In this document: positions 47,307-63,228 of the stretch, piece by piece
Position numbering within the stretch: the stretch's first letter is position 1
Layout of the letters: each line of letters begins with the position of its first letter
Assembly: GCA_051530055.1 (NCBI GenBank)
Contig: CM121342.1
Coordinates: 5,393,489 to 5,457,488, forward strand
Length of the DNA: 64,000 nucleotides
Source of the DNA: Neoechinorhynchus agilis
Lineage: Eukaryota > Animalia > Acanthocephala
Reading direction: 5' to 3'
The notes under the pieces: generated by a model
Databases searched by the model: none
The model's input: only the letters and a program-made list of their open reading frames with translations
What the model was told of the DNA's origin: nothing
Made by a program: the position numbers and the translations under genes

Positions 47307-49088
47307 TTAGAGTTCACGCAAATCTACATTCCAGTTCTCAGGTCGTCGTTGTTGTTGGACGTAAGCGATTTGACCTTGGGTGATCGTCATAAGAACCGAT
47401 AAGTCATTTCCATTATCGTCTAGTAGAACCATATCAGCGCCCTCTCCATCCACATACCGTCCTTTTTTCGTCAATCCCAAAGCATTGGCAGCGTGGCTAC
47501 TAGCGCATTCTATGGCGTACGGGAGATGATCTCGCCCAATGGCATTCGCGAAGATAGAAACACATTCAACGAGTGAGGCAATACTTCCACAAAGTGTATC
47601 CGAATCTAAAAGCGTTGCTTGACGCCTACTACTCGACGGATTACGTTTCAGTTCGATGTCCAGTTCGCCTAATTTGTACTGTCCATCTCCTAGTCCAAAC
47701 GCAGAAATAGCATCCGTGACAAGAACAAGTCCTTTTGGATTGGATCGATGGGCGATACGAAGTGCAGATGGATCCGTATGGACGCCATCGGATATTATAC
47801 CGTAGAATATCGGTTGTGGAATTCGCGAACTAGTCAATAGACCGACTAGATGCGGGTCTCTATGGTGATACTAAAATGGTTTCAGTAGAGAGAGTAAGTT
47901 TAACCGTTTTTTCTCTGTTTCTATAGAACGCTTTAGATTGTGATCGACTCTTTAGTAACAGTTGCTCATTTTAGAAACAAAATTAAACTTACAGGAAGCA
48001 TCGCATTGAACAAATGAGTAATCATCTTGGCTCCACTAGACACTCCCGCTTCACCCTGTCGAAGATCCGCTGCCGAGTGACCTAAAACTTACAAATTAGC
48101 ATCTCGTTTTTAGTTTAAGATTCTCTTACCCATTGAGACACAAATGTTGTGATTATCCACAATTCCTTCTAAGGCTGCAATTAGTTCTAAGAAACAAGCA
48201 ATGAAATTCTAAATGAAAACCGGAGTCTTAATGAAGACTCTAAAAGGATCTCTTAACGGTTCAGTAGCATTTTAGGGTATTTTACGCAAATTCGCTTAGC
48301 AAGAGAACTAAAGCCTTCGAGCCAAACAAAATAATTGCCACCATATTGCACTTAAAGCATTTTCCAATTCAGGTGCCAAAGTGATTATTCGAGTATTGTC
48401 CAAATTCCCATAGACTTCTAAGACGTCCTCATACCCCCCAAATTCAAACTTCCTTATGTTTTTTGCTTCGTGTGCTCCTTTTCTTTGCGGATTTATGAAT
48501 GGACCTTCTAAATGACAACCGAGCACCGCTGCTCCTTCGGTATCCGAATCTCTAACCACAATATTTGGCAATACCTATTTTAAGGACGGTTTGTTCATGA
48601 AGAACTTCCTGTCAATACCTTCCTATAAGTCTCTTTGCTTGACGTCACCAAAGTTGGACAATAAGAGGTAACGCCGGTTGTCAGCAGGAACTTTCCAAGG
48701 ACTTTTGTGTGTTCTGCTCCTTGGGATTGATCGCAGAAATCCACACCAAGGCCACCTATCCAGAATTTACAGGTATTAAGCTAAAAACAGTCGCCCCATT
48801 TTACCGTTGATTTGAACGTCGATTAGTCCGGGCGCAAGAATACGGTTTTTACAGTCAATCTCCATGTCCCATCTTCGTTTCTCATCATAGAAAACTTTCT
48901 GCATATCGATGAACTTTCCGTTTCGTACCTGTTCAATTTTTTTTCAGATAAAAAGATAACGATATAATAGTTACCCATATGTTCCGTTGAACGAAATTTC
49001 CATCTTTGACAATCCTACAATTCGTAAACTTTATAATCTTGTTCTTTGAACCGAGATGTCGGTTGTAAAGCGAACAGTCAATTGGCAT
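47307..49088 (-). CDS. AMDHD2: N-acetylglucosamine-6-phosphate deacetylase, multi-exon
   Basis: [62 protein letters not shown]. Confidence 0.93.
48171..48344 (-). other. Stem-closed TA-bounded intervening sequence in AMDHD2 (174 nt); a GT-AG alternative also exists
   Basis: On the minus strand: TA-T-GGTGGCAATTA...TAATTGCAGCC-T-TA (one G-U, one mismatch). Removal gives [25 protein letters not shown]. Confidence 0.55.
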
Positions 49089-49871
49089 TTGCGTATTTTT
49101 TTTACTTTAAACGAATAAGACAATTCGTTGCCTATTACTCACTAAACTGTGAGACTTTTTGTGACTCATCCAAGTTGCGACGTCTTTTTTTCAAATTAAT
49201 AAACAAATCACGAAAATGAAGTTCATTTGTAAATTTGTTTTCTCAGCAGGCCGGTCATGCACCGAAAAAAAAGGTTTGAAAACTGCATTTTAGGCGACTC
49301 ATTTTCGTCAGATGGTTCGATTTAGGTAACGAAGTTCGGCCGATGAGTGCCAATCGCGTACAAGATTGTGTACCGGCATTATCGGAATTAACAAAAAAAT
49401 TCCTTTAATTTCTACGCCAAAAACAAATGCAACTTCGATGATCCTTAGAATAATAGCTCGATGAAATGTCTCGAGTCTATTTCGCCCTGACTCATTAGCA
49501 GCAGTACGTTAAGATCCGATGACTTAAACGCCAACGTCCTATAAAACTAAGGTTTTTTCACACTTTGAGCCGAGTATTAAAAGGTTTCTTGCTCAACTTG
49601 CTGCATTTTTGACTACCATTCGGATAAACTAACCAACGCACTGTGCAACGACCTCGTCTAAAAAATAAGAGTCGAAGCGAAATAGCGTGAGATATAACTT
49701 TTTTGTGTAGAAAGTCTCTTAGATCTATTAAGTAATGTGGATCTGTGTGGAATGATCCGCTAAGAATTCAACGGGTGTACTGCTCATGAAGAAATCAGGA
49801 AAGTTTGCTTTTCGATCAGTACGATGACCGCTTGATTTTAATATAGAGAAACCGATAGTGTAGTATCGATC

Positions 49872-52565
49872 CTCTGGCTCCTTTCCGTGAGCACTCGAGT
49901 TCTGATTTGTCAAACGAATGCGGTTCTTTATTTTAAAAAGAGGATTACGGATTTGGTCGAGTGGGAATATCCGGTTGGTTAATTGTTAGTTGTTGTTATC
50001 TTCCGTTCGTAGTCGAACAAACAATAGGGTTTTTCAACCAAGGTTGCCCAAAATTGTTTTTTTTTCGTTACGAACGCGAGTTGGGTTTTTTTTGAAAACC
50101 CTCAAATGTTAAAATCAATGGAGAATACAAAGTAATTGTAAATAATATCACATTTTATTCAAAGTAGGGAAACTATGTCCTTCTCTGGCTCCTTTCCGTG
50201 AGCACTCGAGTTCTGATTTGTCAAACGAATGCGGTTCTTTATTTTAAAAAGAGGATTACGGATTTGGTCGAGTGGGAATATCCGGTTGGTTAATTGTTAG
50301 TTCTTGTTATCTTCCGTTCGTAGTCGAACAAACAATAGGGTTTTTCAACCAAGGTTGCCCAAATTTTTTTTCGTTACGAACGCGAGTTGGGTTTTTTTGA
50401 AAACCCTCAAATGTTAAAATCAATGGAGAATACAAAGTAATTGTAAATAATATCACATTTTATTCAAAGTAGGGAAACTATGTCCTTCTCTGGCTCCTTT
50501 CCGTGAGCACTCGAGTTCTGATTTGTCAAACGAATGCGGTTCTTTATTTTAAAAAAGTTACGGTTTGGTCGAGTGGGAATATCCGGCTGGTTAATTGTTA
50601 GTTGTTGTTATCTTCCGTTCGTAGTCGAACAAACAATAGGGTTTTTCAACCAAGGTTGCCCAAATTTTTTTTCGTTACGAACGCGAGTTGGGTTTTTTTT
50701 GAAAACCCTCAAATGTTAAAATCAATGGAGAATACAAAGTAATTGTAAATAATATCACATTTTATTCAAAGTAGGGAAACTATGTCCTTCTCTGGCTCCT
50801 TTCCGTGAGCACTCGAGTTCTGATTTGTCAAACGAATGCGGTTCTTTATTTTAAAAAGAGGATTACGGATTTGGTCGAGTGGGAATATCCGGTTGGTTAA
50901 TTGTTAGTTGTTGTTATCTTCCGTTCGTAGTCGAACAAACAATAGGGTTTTTCAACCAAGGTTGCCCAAAATTGTTTTTTTTTCGTTACGAACGCGAGTT
51001 GGGTTTTTTTTGAAAACAATCAATGGAGAATACAAAGTAATTGTAAATAATATCACATTTTATTCAAAGTAGGGAAACTATGTCCTTCTCTGGCTCCTTT
51101 CCGTGAGCACTCGAGTTCTGATTTGTCAAACGAATGCGGTTCTTTATTTTAAAAAGAGGATTACGGATTTGGTCGAGTGGGAATATCCGGTTGGTTAATT
51201 GTTAGTTCTTGTTATCTTCCGTTCGTAGTCGAACAAACAATAGGGTTTTTCAACCAAGGTTGCCCAAATTTTTTTTTCGTTACGAACGCGAGTTGGGTTT
51301 TTTTTGAAAACCCTCAAATGTTAAAATCAATGGAGAATACAAAGTAATTGTAAATAATATCACATTTTATTCAAAGTAGGGAAACTATGTCCTTCTCTGG
51401 CTCCTTTCCGTGAGCACTCGAGTTCTGATTTGTCAAACGAATGCGGTTCTTTATTTTAAAAAGAGGATTACGGATTTGGTCGAGTGGGAATATCCGGTTG
51501 GTTAATTGTTAGTTGTTGTTATCTTCCGTTCGTAGTCGAACAAACAATAGGGTTTTTCAACCAAGGTTGCCCAAAATTGTTTTTTTTTCGTTACGAACGC
51601 GAGTTGGGTTTTTTTTGAAAACCCTCAAATGTTAAAATCAATGGAGAATACAAAGTAATTGTAAATAATATCACATTTTATTCAAAGTAGGGAAACTATG
51701 TCCTTCTCTGGCTCCTTTCCGTGAGCACTCGAGTTCTGATTTGTCAAACGAATGCGGTTCTTTATTTTAAAAAGAGGATTACGGATTTGGTCGAGTGGGA
51801 ATATCCGGTTGGTTAATTGTTAGTTCTTGTTATCTTCCGTTCGTAGTCGAACAAACAATAGGGTTTTTCAACCAAGGTTGCCCAAAATTGTTTTTTTTTT
51901 CGTTACGAACGCGAGTTGGGTTTTTTTTGAAAACCCTCAAATGTTAAAATCAATGGAGAATACAAAGTAATTGTAAATAATATCATTTATTCAAAGTGAA
52001 ACTATGTCCTTCTCTGGCTCCTTTCCGTGAGCACTCGAGTTCTGATTTGTCAAACGAATGCGGTTCTTTATTTTAAAAAGAGGATTACGGATTTGGTCGA
52101 GTGGGAATATCCGGTTGGTTAATTGTTAGTTGTTGTTATCTTCCGTTCGTAGTCGAACAAACAATAGGGTTTTTCAACCAAGGTTGCCCAAAATTGTTTT
52201 TTTTTCGTTACGAACGCGAGTTGGGTTTTTTTGAAAACCCTCAAATGTTAAAATCAATGGAGAATACAAAGTAATTGTAAATAATATCACATTTTATTCA
52301 AAGTAGGGAAACTATGTCCTTCTCTGGCTCCTTTCCGTGAGCACTCGAGTTCTGATTTGTCAAACGAATGCGGTTCTTTATTTTAAAAAGAGGATTACGG
52401 ATTTGGTCGAGTGGGAATATCCGGTTGGTTAATTGTTAGTTCTTGTTATCTTCCGTTCGTAGTCGAACAAACAATAGGGTTTTTCAACCAAGGTTGCCCA
52501 AATTTTTTTTCGTTACGAACGCGAGTTGGGTTTTTTTGAAAACCCTCAAATGTTAAAATCAATCG
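49872..52565. repeat. Tandem array of about 305-311-bp units, about 9 copies
   Basis: CTCTGGCTCCTTTCCGTGAGCACTCGAG recurs at 49872, 50183, 50488 and onward. Confidence 0.95.
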
Positions 52566-52825
52566 AGAATAGGCAAAGTATTTCACAAACAAAAATGAGA
52601 ATCATATTATTAACAGGGAAGACCGAACAATTTCGTTATTTTCTTGTCTAAAACAATTTTTTGTAAGAAACATTGTGATGAATCCAAAAAGTCTAATGAA
52701 ATTGATGGATTGCCTATTTAAGGCGCTCTCCAAATCTCGTCCGATTCATCATCAGTTTGTTGGTTATTAAAAGACGAAACTAACAAAATAACGATGAACT
52801 CGATGAGCTTTATATAAAAAATGTT

Positions 52826-53082
52826 GTGTAGTGACGAGAATAATTATGTAAATTAATTGAATCGATATTTCGGCTCAATCCAGAGCCTTTATCAAGATCT
52901 GAAAGGTTGGATTTTGGTTTTATCAAAATCCATAAGGTTTCCATGATGGACAAAATGATTGGACAATCAAAAAGGTGGAAGGCAACAAGTCGACCGCGTT
53001 TTACAGATGAGAGTCTCAATCTTTCAGATCTTGATAAAGGCTTTGGATCAATCAATTTACACAATTATTATCGTCACTACAC
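52826..53082. mobile_element. MITE-like element with long terminal inverted repeats
   Basis: 52826-52905 is the reverse complement of 53021-53082 apart from an 18-bp indel and a few substitutions; spacer about 115 bp. Confidence 0.75.
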
Positions 53083-53446
53083 AGCAATCATGAGCAGTTT
53101 CATTTTTCAACTATATAAACGGATTGTTTAAAAACGCCGCCAATTTCTATTCAAATTAAGCGTCTTTCAAGCATGAACTAAAGACATAACATCCGGAATT
53201 ATTGTTTAGATCGACACCTAAAGACGTTTCGAAACTCGTCGGAAAATTGTTTATTCTGCACCTGATTCAATAGATGGTTTTCTTTCGTGTATAAAGCGCC
53301 AATATTACAAGTGTTACTTTCGGCGCTCAAAAGTGCGAGTGTTCAAAGTGGGTAGTTTGGCCAGCGCACTGTTTCGTCATCGCACTTTTTCTTGAGAACG
53401 AGAGTCGATTGGTGTGTTATTTTCTTGTGACTATCCAAATCCAAAG

Positions 53447-57323
<3,877 letters not shown>

Positions 57324-57849
57324 GCAAATACGGCGTTTCTTAGTCACAAAAAAAGAGAGTATGCATTGTTAATATCGTTGTTAGAGACTTTGAGGATAAA
57401 TGAGCATTAATGGAATTAAACGGATCACAAGTCATGATTTTTATGGGCGTGGACCTATTTAAGAACGTAAAGGATCCCTTTTATGATTGTATCCGCCATA
57501 AATCTCAGAAAGGAAAATTGAAGTAATGTCCAAAGTTTACTTGTTTTTTAGAACTCGAGTCCTTATCCGAATATGGTCGCGGCCAACTCGCTTATATTTA
57601 GACTGCTTTTTGCCATACAAATGAAGTTGGAATCCCAAATGTACAAGAACTTAAAAGCAATAAATTTCAGGCCTCAAGGATTCGTACTGATGAAGTGATC
57701 AGCAGCCAACATTGAATTTTGGCCACTTTTCAAGCTAATTCGCAAAAACACAATTTCCTCACCGAATTCATGTGTTACAGTTTTGGTATCCTAAAATTTT
57801 TGTTTTCTCCCTTCGAGGAGATTGATTCCTTCGATGGATGAACTGAGTG

Positions 57850-58960
57850 TCATTGATCTCCGAAGTCGCTTATAAGAACAGTGTAGTTGCCGTTAAAACG
57901 TCCTATTCGTCCATAAATCGGAAAGGATTCCCCAATATGGATCACATTGCGATCAGGGCCAATTCTCATTTTGTATCTCCAAACGTTGCCTCCCGTATTG
58001 CAGAAATTGCTCAAAATGTAACTTGCAATTGGCTGCTATCTAATTTCCATGAAATCCTGGCTCGCAAATCCTCCGATTCCTTCCTTAGAACAATCATCCG
58101 TTCTGGTTGCAAATTTATGAAATTATCATTCTTATCAATGTTCTTCGACTCATCAAAGTCAACTTTTCGTTCTCCGATCGAATCAAACTGAAAACTTCTC
58201 GATATTCCATTCTTGTCGGTGCTGAGTCCACTTTCATTGATTTGTGAAACCTCTTTTTGCCACACTCTCTATATAAGCCTAAAATTTCACGAATCGTTCT
58301 TTGAGCGTCAGTCGACAAGCAACATACTTTTCGAAAACCAATTCAATGTTCAAACCATCTCATTTCCTCGCTCTCCACCCTACAAATCTTTTGAGCTAGT
58401 CCCCCACATTTCCAAACGCAATCTTATCCCCGCGCCTCTCCCTCTCAACATCCAACGCTCTTCTTCTCTCCGAATACTGGGCCTGATTTTCCACGAAAAC
58501 CTTAAATGGGATGTCCTCATTTACACTCTCTAAAGCAAACCTTCGTCTTTAGCTTCTCAAACTCCTCCGGCGTCTCGGGGTATCCCCTAAACACCTTGAG
58601 CACTTTTATCTTTCTGCCATCCTTTCTATCCTTACGCTTTCCCCACTTTCCACTCCGTCAATGCTCTCCATTCCCTCGAAACCTTCCACAAGAGAGCTAG
58701 AATTTGCGGAACTTCACTCCCTCCCCTCGACGCCCAGCACTCCATTTTCTCCGAAAACGCCCTCGGTCAACCCCCTCCACAACTTTTTTCATCCTCCCCT
58801 CGCTCGTGCCACCCTCTACCAAGAATCTTTCTTCCCCCAAGCCCAATATTTCCTTAATAACCGGAGAACAAGGAAAGACTCCTAATCGGTCATTCTCCTG
58901 TAAAACTCCTTCAAAGACCAGTCCCACCTCCCTTGCCTTCAACATCCGTCATCCAGACGC
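57850..58960 (+). mobile_element. Degenerate L2/CR1-type LINE reverse-transcriptase 3' fragment
   Basis: SSLRILGLIFHENLKWD followed in shifted frames by FLKLLRRLGVSPKHL..FY, typical of the post-RT region of these LINEs. Multiple stops and frameshifts; left boundary uncertain. Confidence 0.55.
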
Positions 58961-59682
58961 CTTTAAGCAAAGATAGATGCTGGCAAGTGTGTGGATCGTT
59001 CTTTTCTTAAATTAATAAAACGTGTTTATATAATCGCTGAAGAAGATCCGAGATAGTGGATCGAAATATCCAATAAATTCTTAATTTCATTTTCTCCTAT
59101 CGACAAATAACAATGAATTATTTTTTCAAAATGAATTTTTTCACGATACATTAAACGAATTAACAATTAGAAGAGGCCAATGAAAGTCGTGGTATTGTAA
59201 AAGTGCGATTCGACTGTTTAGAACATCTAGAATTCACATGGCACGTATCGGGGAAACATCGAGAGAGAGAAAATGGTTTCACGTGCCGCCTACGGATAAA
59301 AAACACGCGATTTCTTTTCCCCTCATTCGAATTTAACAATACGGATTCTGGGAGCGGGAGCATGGCTCATGAATTTCGAGCTGCTTAATAGATCAGGATT
59401 TCAGCAGGACGACACACTTTATATTTTTGTGGCATAAAAATTTAACTGCAAGTTCCAAAAGGCCATATCTAGGATTTTAAAAAGAAGGATTTTAGTCAAA
59501 AGAATGAGCATTTTAAAATCCTGTCAAAGGTGTTCTAAAGGAAAAAATATTTTAAATGCGGATAGATTTTTTGTTTATGAATGTACTACAGAACTAGTAA
59601 GTATATTAGGGAATTCCGTTTTTAAGATACGAATAATAAGGTTTCATCGTTTGAATCAGACTGGGATTCCGCAAGTTCATAT

Positions 59683-61927
59683 ATGGTCGATAGTGGCGAA
59701 AGCAGCAGAATAAATGTTTTAAGTGATCCTTGTGGGAACAGATCGGATTTATCCCATACGGATACAATGAGTCCGGACTTAGTTGTAAAGTCAATGTTGG
59801 AAAAATGCTACGAGTACTCAAACAACAAACTGTTACAAATTGGCCAATACAAACAACGCCGTCGGTCGTATAAAGCATTCTTCACTGCCGGACGATTGCG
59901 ATGGTACCAGAAAGTGGGTTTGCATTGGTATAGGAAACTATTTGATAATCAAATGAATGGAATATTAGCAGACGAAGCGAGTCTCGGTAAAACCATTCAA
60001 ACGATCGCATTCGTATGTGATGTTCTGGCACGGGAACGTAATGGTCCATTCTTAATTGTGTGTCAAAAAACTCTTTTCAATCATTGGATAGTTAATTTCA
60101 AAAGATTTGCACCCCACGTTAAGTGTATAGTAGCCTATGGATCAACAAAGGAAGCACGGGCTGCGTCGAAATCAAAATTTAGCCGAAGTTTGTCCAGCCA
60201 GCCAATGGCTACTACCATCCAAGTACTATTAACTGCCTATGAAATCATCCGTCAGGATAAGAAATTCTTTCAAAATATAGCATGGAAAATTGTGTTTGTT
60301 GATGCACGAAACCGACCCAAAACTTCTTATTCCAAACCATTGGAGACGCTGAATTGTCTAGATACGGAGAGTCGATTCATTGTATCGGAATCTCCTCCAA
60401 GCGAAAAACTCAATGAGTTGTTTATTGTACTTGAGTTCTTAATGCCAGTTGTATTTAAAGAAATCGCAATTCCTGACTTTCACAACGCTGTAAAAAGTAT
60501 CATTGAACCCACAAAGCATTTCGAGAATCAACGTAGCGAAAATAGTCAACATTTGTCTAAAATGGACAAACGTGCAATTTCCGAAATGGTCATCCACATC
60601 CATGAAATCATTTCTTATTTTACCCTTCGGCGGTTCAAAAGTGACGTTGAATCCATTCGGACTCTCCCACTTAAAATCGTTAAGACAATAGAGATTAGAA
60701 TGCACGAAGATCAAATTAGGCTTCTTGAGCATTTCTTGGAGCCAGAAATGGTTAAGAGAAACGGATTACAGCGAATTTGGTCGATTGTGCAACGGTTGGC
60801 TCTAAACCCGCAATTAATCGATGAAGACGATGTTCCGATACCTCATAAACTCTCCCTCGATGCTTGTGAAACATTCTCTGGCTCAAAATTCCGTGCACTC
60901 GGTGTTCTACTGACGAGATTTGTAAAGGAAAATCGAAGAATAGCTATTTTCGTTCAATGTATGGACACGATGGACCTTCTACAGAAGTATTGCGTACGGA
61001 TCCTAAACATTCAGGTTTCCAGAATCGATGCAAAAATGAGCATTTCAAAGCGAAATAGACAGCTTCTTAAATTTAATGATCGGGAAGTAGCTATAATGTT
61101 GCTGAATTCACTGGCAGCAAAATCGGATTTGAATCTAAACAGACCGTGGTCATTAGTGAATGGTTCAAGGAAAGTGATTTTTGACGATTCCATTGTTTTG
61201 CCGTTCTATCACTATTTTTTCTCTCGGAAAGTACTGCTTTTGGACAATGAAAACTACATCTTCACACGATTCATTGACCGTCTCAGTTTAGTTCTTTCCA
61301 GTGATACATTTGGTGGTTTGACATCAAAAGAGAAAATCCTTCGGTAGGTGATCATAATCTAGCCACCCGGATAATGTATTTTATCTGGAGAAGGGGATTA
61401 TGATGTGCACAAATCGAATTGGTTGGTCTAGGAAGAGTCGTTTTTGAACGTCCAGACAAAATCGATCATCTTTCTACACCAACATTGATCGATTTTCGTT
61501 TTTGTAAGGTCTTTTTTTGCGAATAAGAACATGTTTCGTTTGTACGTGAACAAAATTCATGACCGCAGTCTGGATAACGGCAGCAGATACAGTGATTGTC
61601 TTCGATGGCGATCGTAATCCTTTAATAGATGATCGACCAGAAGAAAAATGCAATCGAATTGGAAATCGGGGCGCTCTTCTAATTCTACGTCTTAAGGTCA
61701 CGCCGTCGCCTTATGAGGTACTTTTAAGAAAGCTCACGAGTAGTAATATATCGACGGAAGAGAAAATATTGGAGACATTGAGAGAATCTTACGAGGACCG
61801 TTGTAGTGAAAGAGCGAAAATGCATGCTCAAACAGGTTTTGGTCAACTCAAAGAAAGCGAAGTAGTCAAGTTCGATCCAGACTGCAAAGACTTTTTAAGA
61901 AGGGTTTTGTGTCAAATGACTAAATAA
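59683..61927 (+). CDS. Highly diverged SNF2-family (HELLS/ISWI-like) protein, interrupted at 61137-61575
   Basis: LRWYQKVGLHW..NGILADE..LGKTIQT, GPFLIVC, LLTAYE, FTLRRFKSDV, LNL+TAADTVIVFDGDRNP. Confidence 0.85.
61137..61575 (+). other. Non-canonical stem-closed intervening sequence in the SNF2 gene (439 nt)
   Basis: TAA...TAA. 14-bp stem CAGACCGTGGTCAT(61140-53)/ATGACCGCAGTCTG(61559-72) with one G-U and one mismatch. Removal rebuilds LNLTAADTVIVFD. Confidence 0.82.
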
Positions 61928-62047
61928 AACCCAAGGATTCTGTAGGAAATGCTCTTTCACGCTTCGTTTTTTCCTTCTTCCTAATTTTCAAAGTCATTTG
62001 AAACGATAGGGATCAATTTTTTTGTTAAGATTAACCTCAATTTCGAT

Positions 62048-62779
62048 TTAGAGATCAGATCTCACTCCAAATCCTGGACCTCGTGGTTCTTCATTCAGTG
62101 TTGTTGACATTGGTGCGTTTGTTTTATGATCAATTGGTTCACTACCATGCCGTTTGTTATTAATTGGACCGACACTAGCGCTCCTATTGGCTATTGCTTC
62201 TACGAGATCAGGGACGTCATTAACCGATAAATCTTCATGATAATCATCATTGATCTGGACCATTGGGGCGTTGCAACAAGCTCCTAAACATTCTACCTCT
62301 GCGATTTCGAAATCCTCAGGATTTGGCATCTCAGCTATTTTCTCCTTGAACTTATCTCGAATTCCATGGGCATTGCGAAGCCAACAAGGCGTTGTGGTGC
62401 ACACATTGACTCTATATTTCGCCTTAGATGGCTTCCGATGGAACATCGAATAAAACGAAGCTACTTCATAGACTCTCATTCGTTCGACTTTCAAGATTTC
62501 GGCGACTTTATTCATTGCCGAAAGAGGTAGCCAACCTCCGTTCTGACGCTGAGCCAAGTCCAGGACGGCTATAATGGGGGAATGTTTAAACCCATCAGGG
62601 TAACATGCTCGAATGGACTCGATTCGCGACAAGTTTTCGGCTGTGAATTCAAATGGAGTGTCACATTTGTTCTCAGGAGTATCCACGTGGAGATAGTCGA
62701 TGCCTTTGGCCATTGTGCGGACGTTTGTAAGGTGGCAATGAACAACTGCGGAAAAAAGACGTTGAAGTTTAGACATCAT
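62048..62779 (-). CDS. NDUFV2: NADH dehydrogenase 24-kDa subunit, intronless
   Basis: Mitochondrial presequence, LDLAQRQNGGWLP, VYEVASFYSMF, and the 2Fe-2S ligands CTTTPC and CLGACCNAPM. Confidence 0.97.
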   Translation of the reverse strand: MMSKLQRLFSAVVHCHLTNVRTMAKGIDYLHVDTPENKCDTPFEFTAENLSRIESIRACYPDGFKHSPIIAVLDLAQRQNGGWLPLSAMNKVAEILKVERMRVYEVASFYSMFHRKPSKAKYRVNVCTTTPCWLRNAHGIRDKFKEKIAEMPNPEDFEIAEVECLGACCNAPMVQINDDYHEDLSVNDVPDLVEAIANRSASVGPINNKRHGSEPIDHKTNAPMSTTLNEEPRGPGFGVRSDL

Positions 62780-62803
62780 CTATAAATACGTTACGTTCAT
62801 AGC

Positions 62804-63228
62804 TCAAAACGCGACTTGTGGCACTCGGACGCCGTTTGCGTTGTGTTTAAACATAAAAATTGCGCTAATATTCGTTTTTTGTTTGAGTAGCGGGAAAAAA
62901 ACGGTGGTGAAGGTATCCCGATATTTCGGACCCGATGGCTGAATGCGCCGTTCCGAGTCTATGAAATACTGTTTTGTATAATGAAAAATACCTACTAAAA
63001 TGATGAGAAAGCCGAGAAGTGTTTTGATCTTATTTACTGTTTCATGGACAAAATCCACCTTTTAAGACATCTTTGGTCAGGAGCTCGGGTTTTACTCCGT
63101 GGTTCGGGAGGCTTTTTTTCCAGCAAAGTGCGATAGTTTGAGTCCGTTTCGGCCAAATCAACTCGGTGTTGATTTGTCCGTTCGATATGGCGCCAAAGAT
63201 CGATCCAAACGTCTACACACGATGCCAA
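62804..63228 (-). CDS. Possible small gene directly upstream of NDUFV2
   Basis: Two adjacent minus-strand ORFs, one with a hydrophobic stretch (LLGFLIILVGIF), ending 24 nt before the NDUFV2 ATG. No family recognised. Confidence 0.2.
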
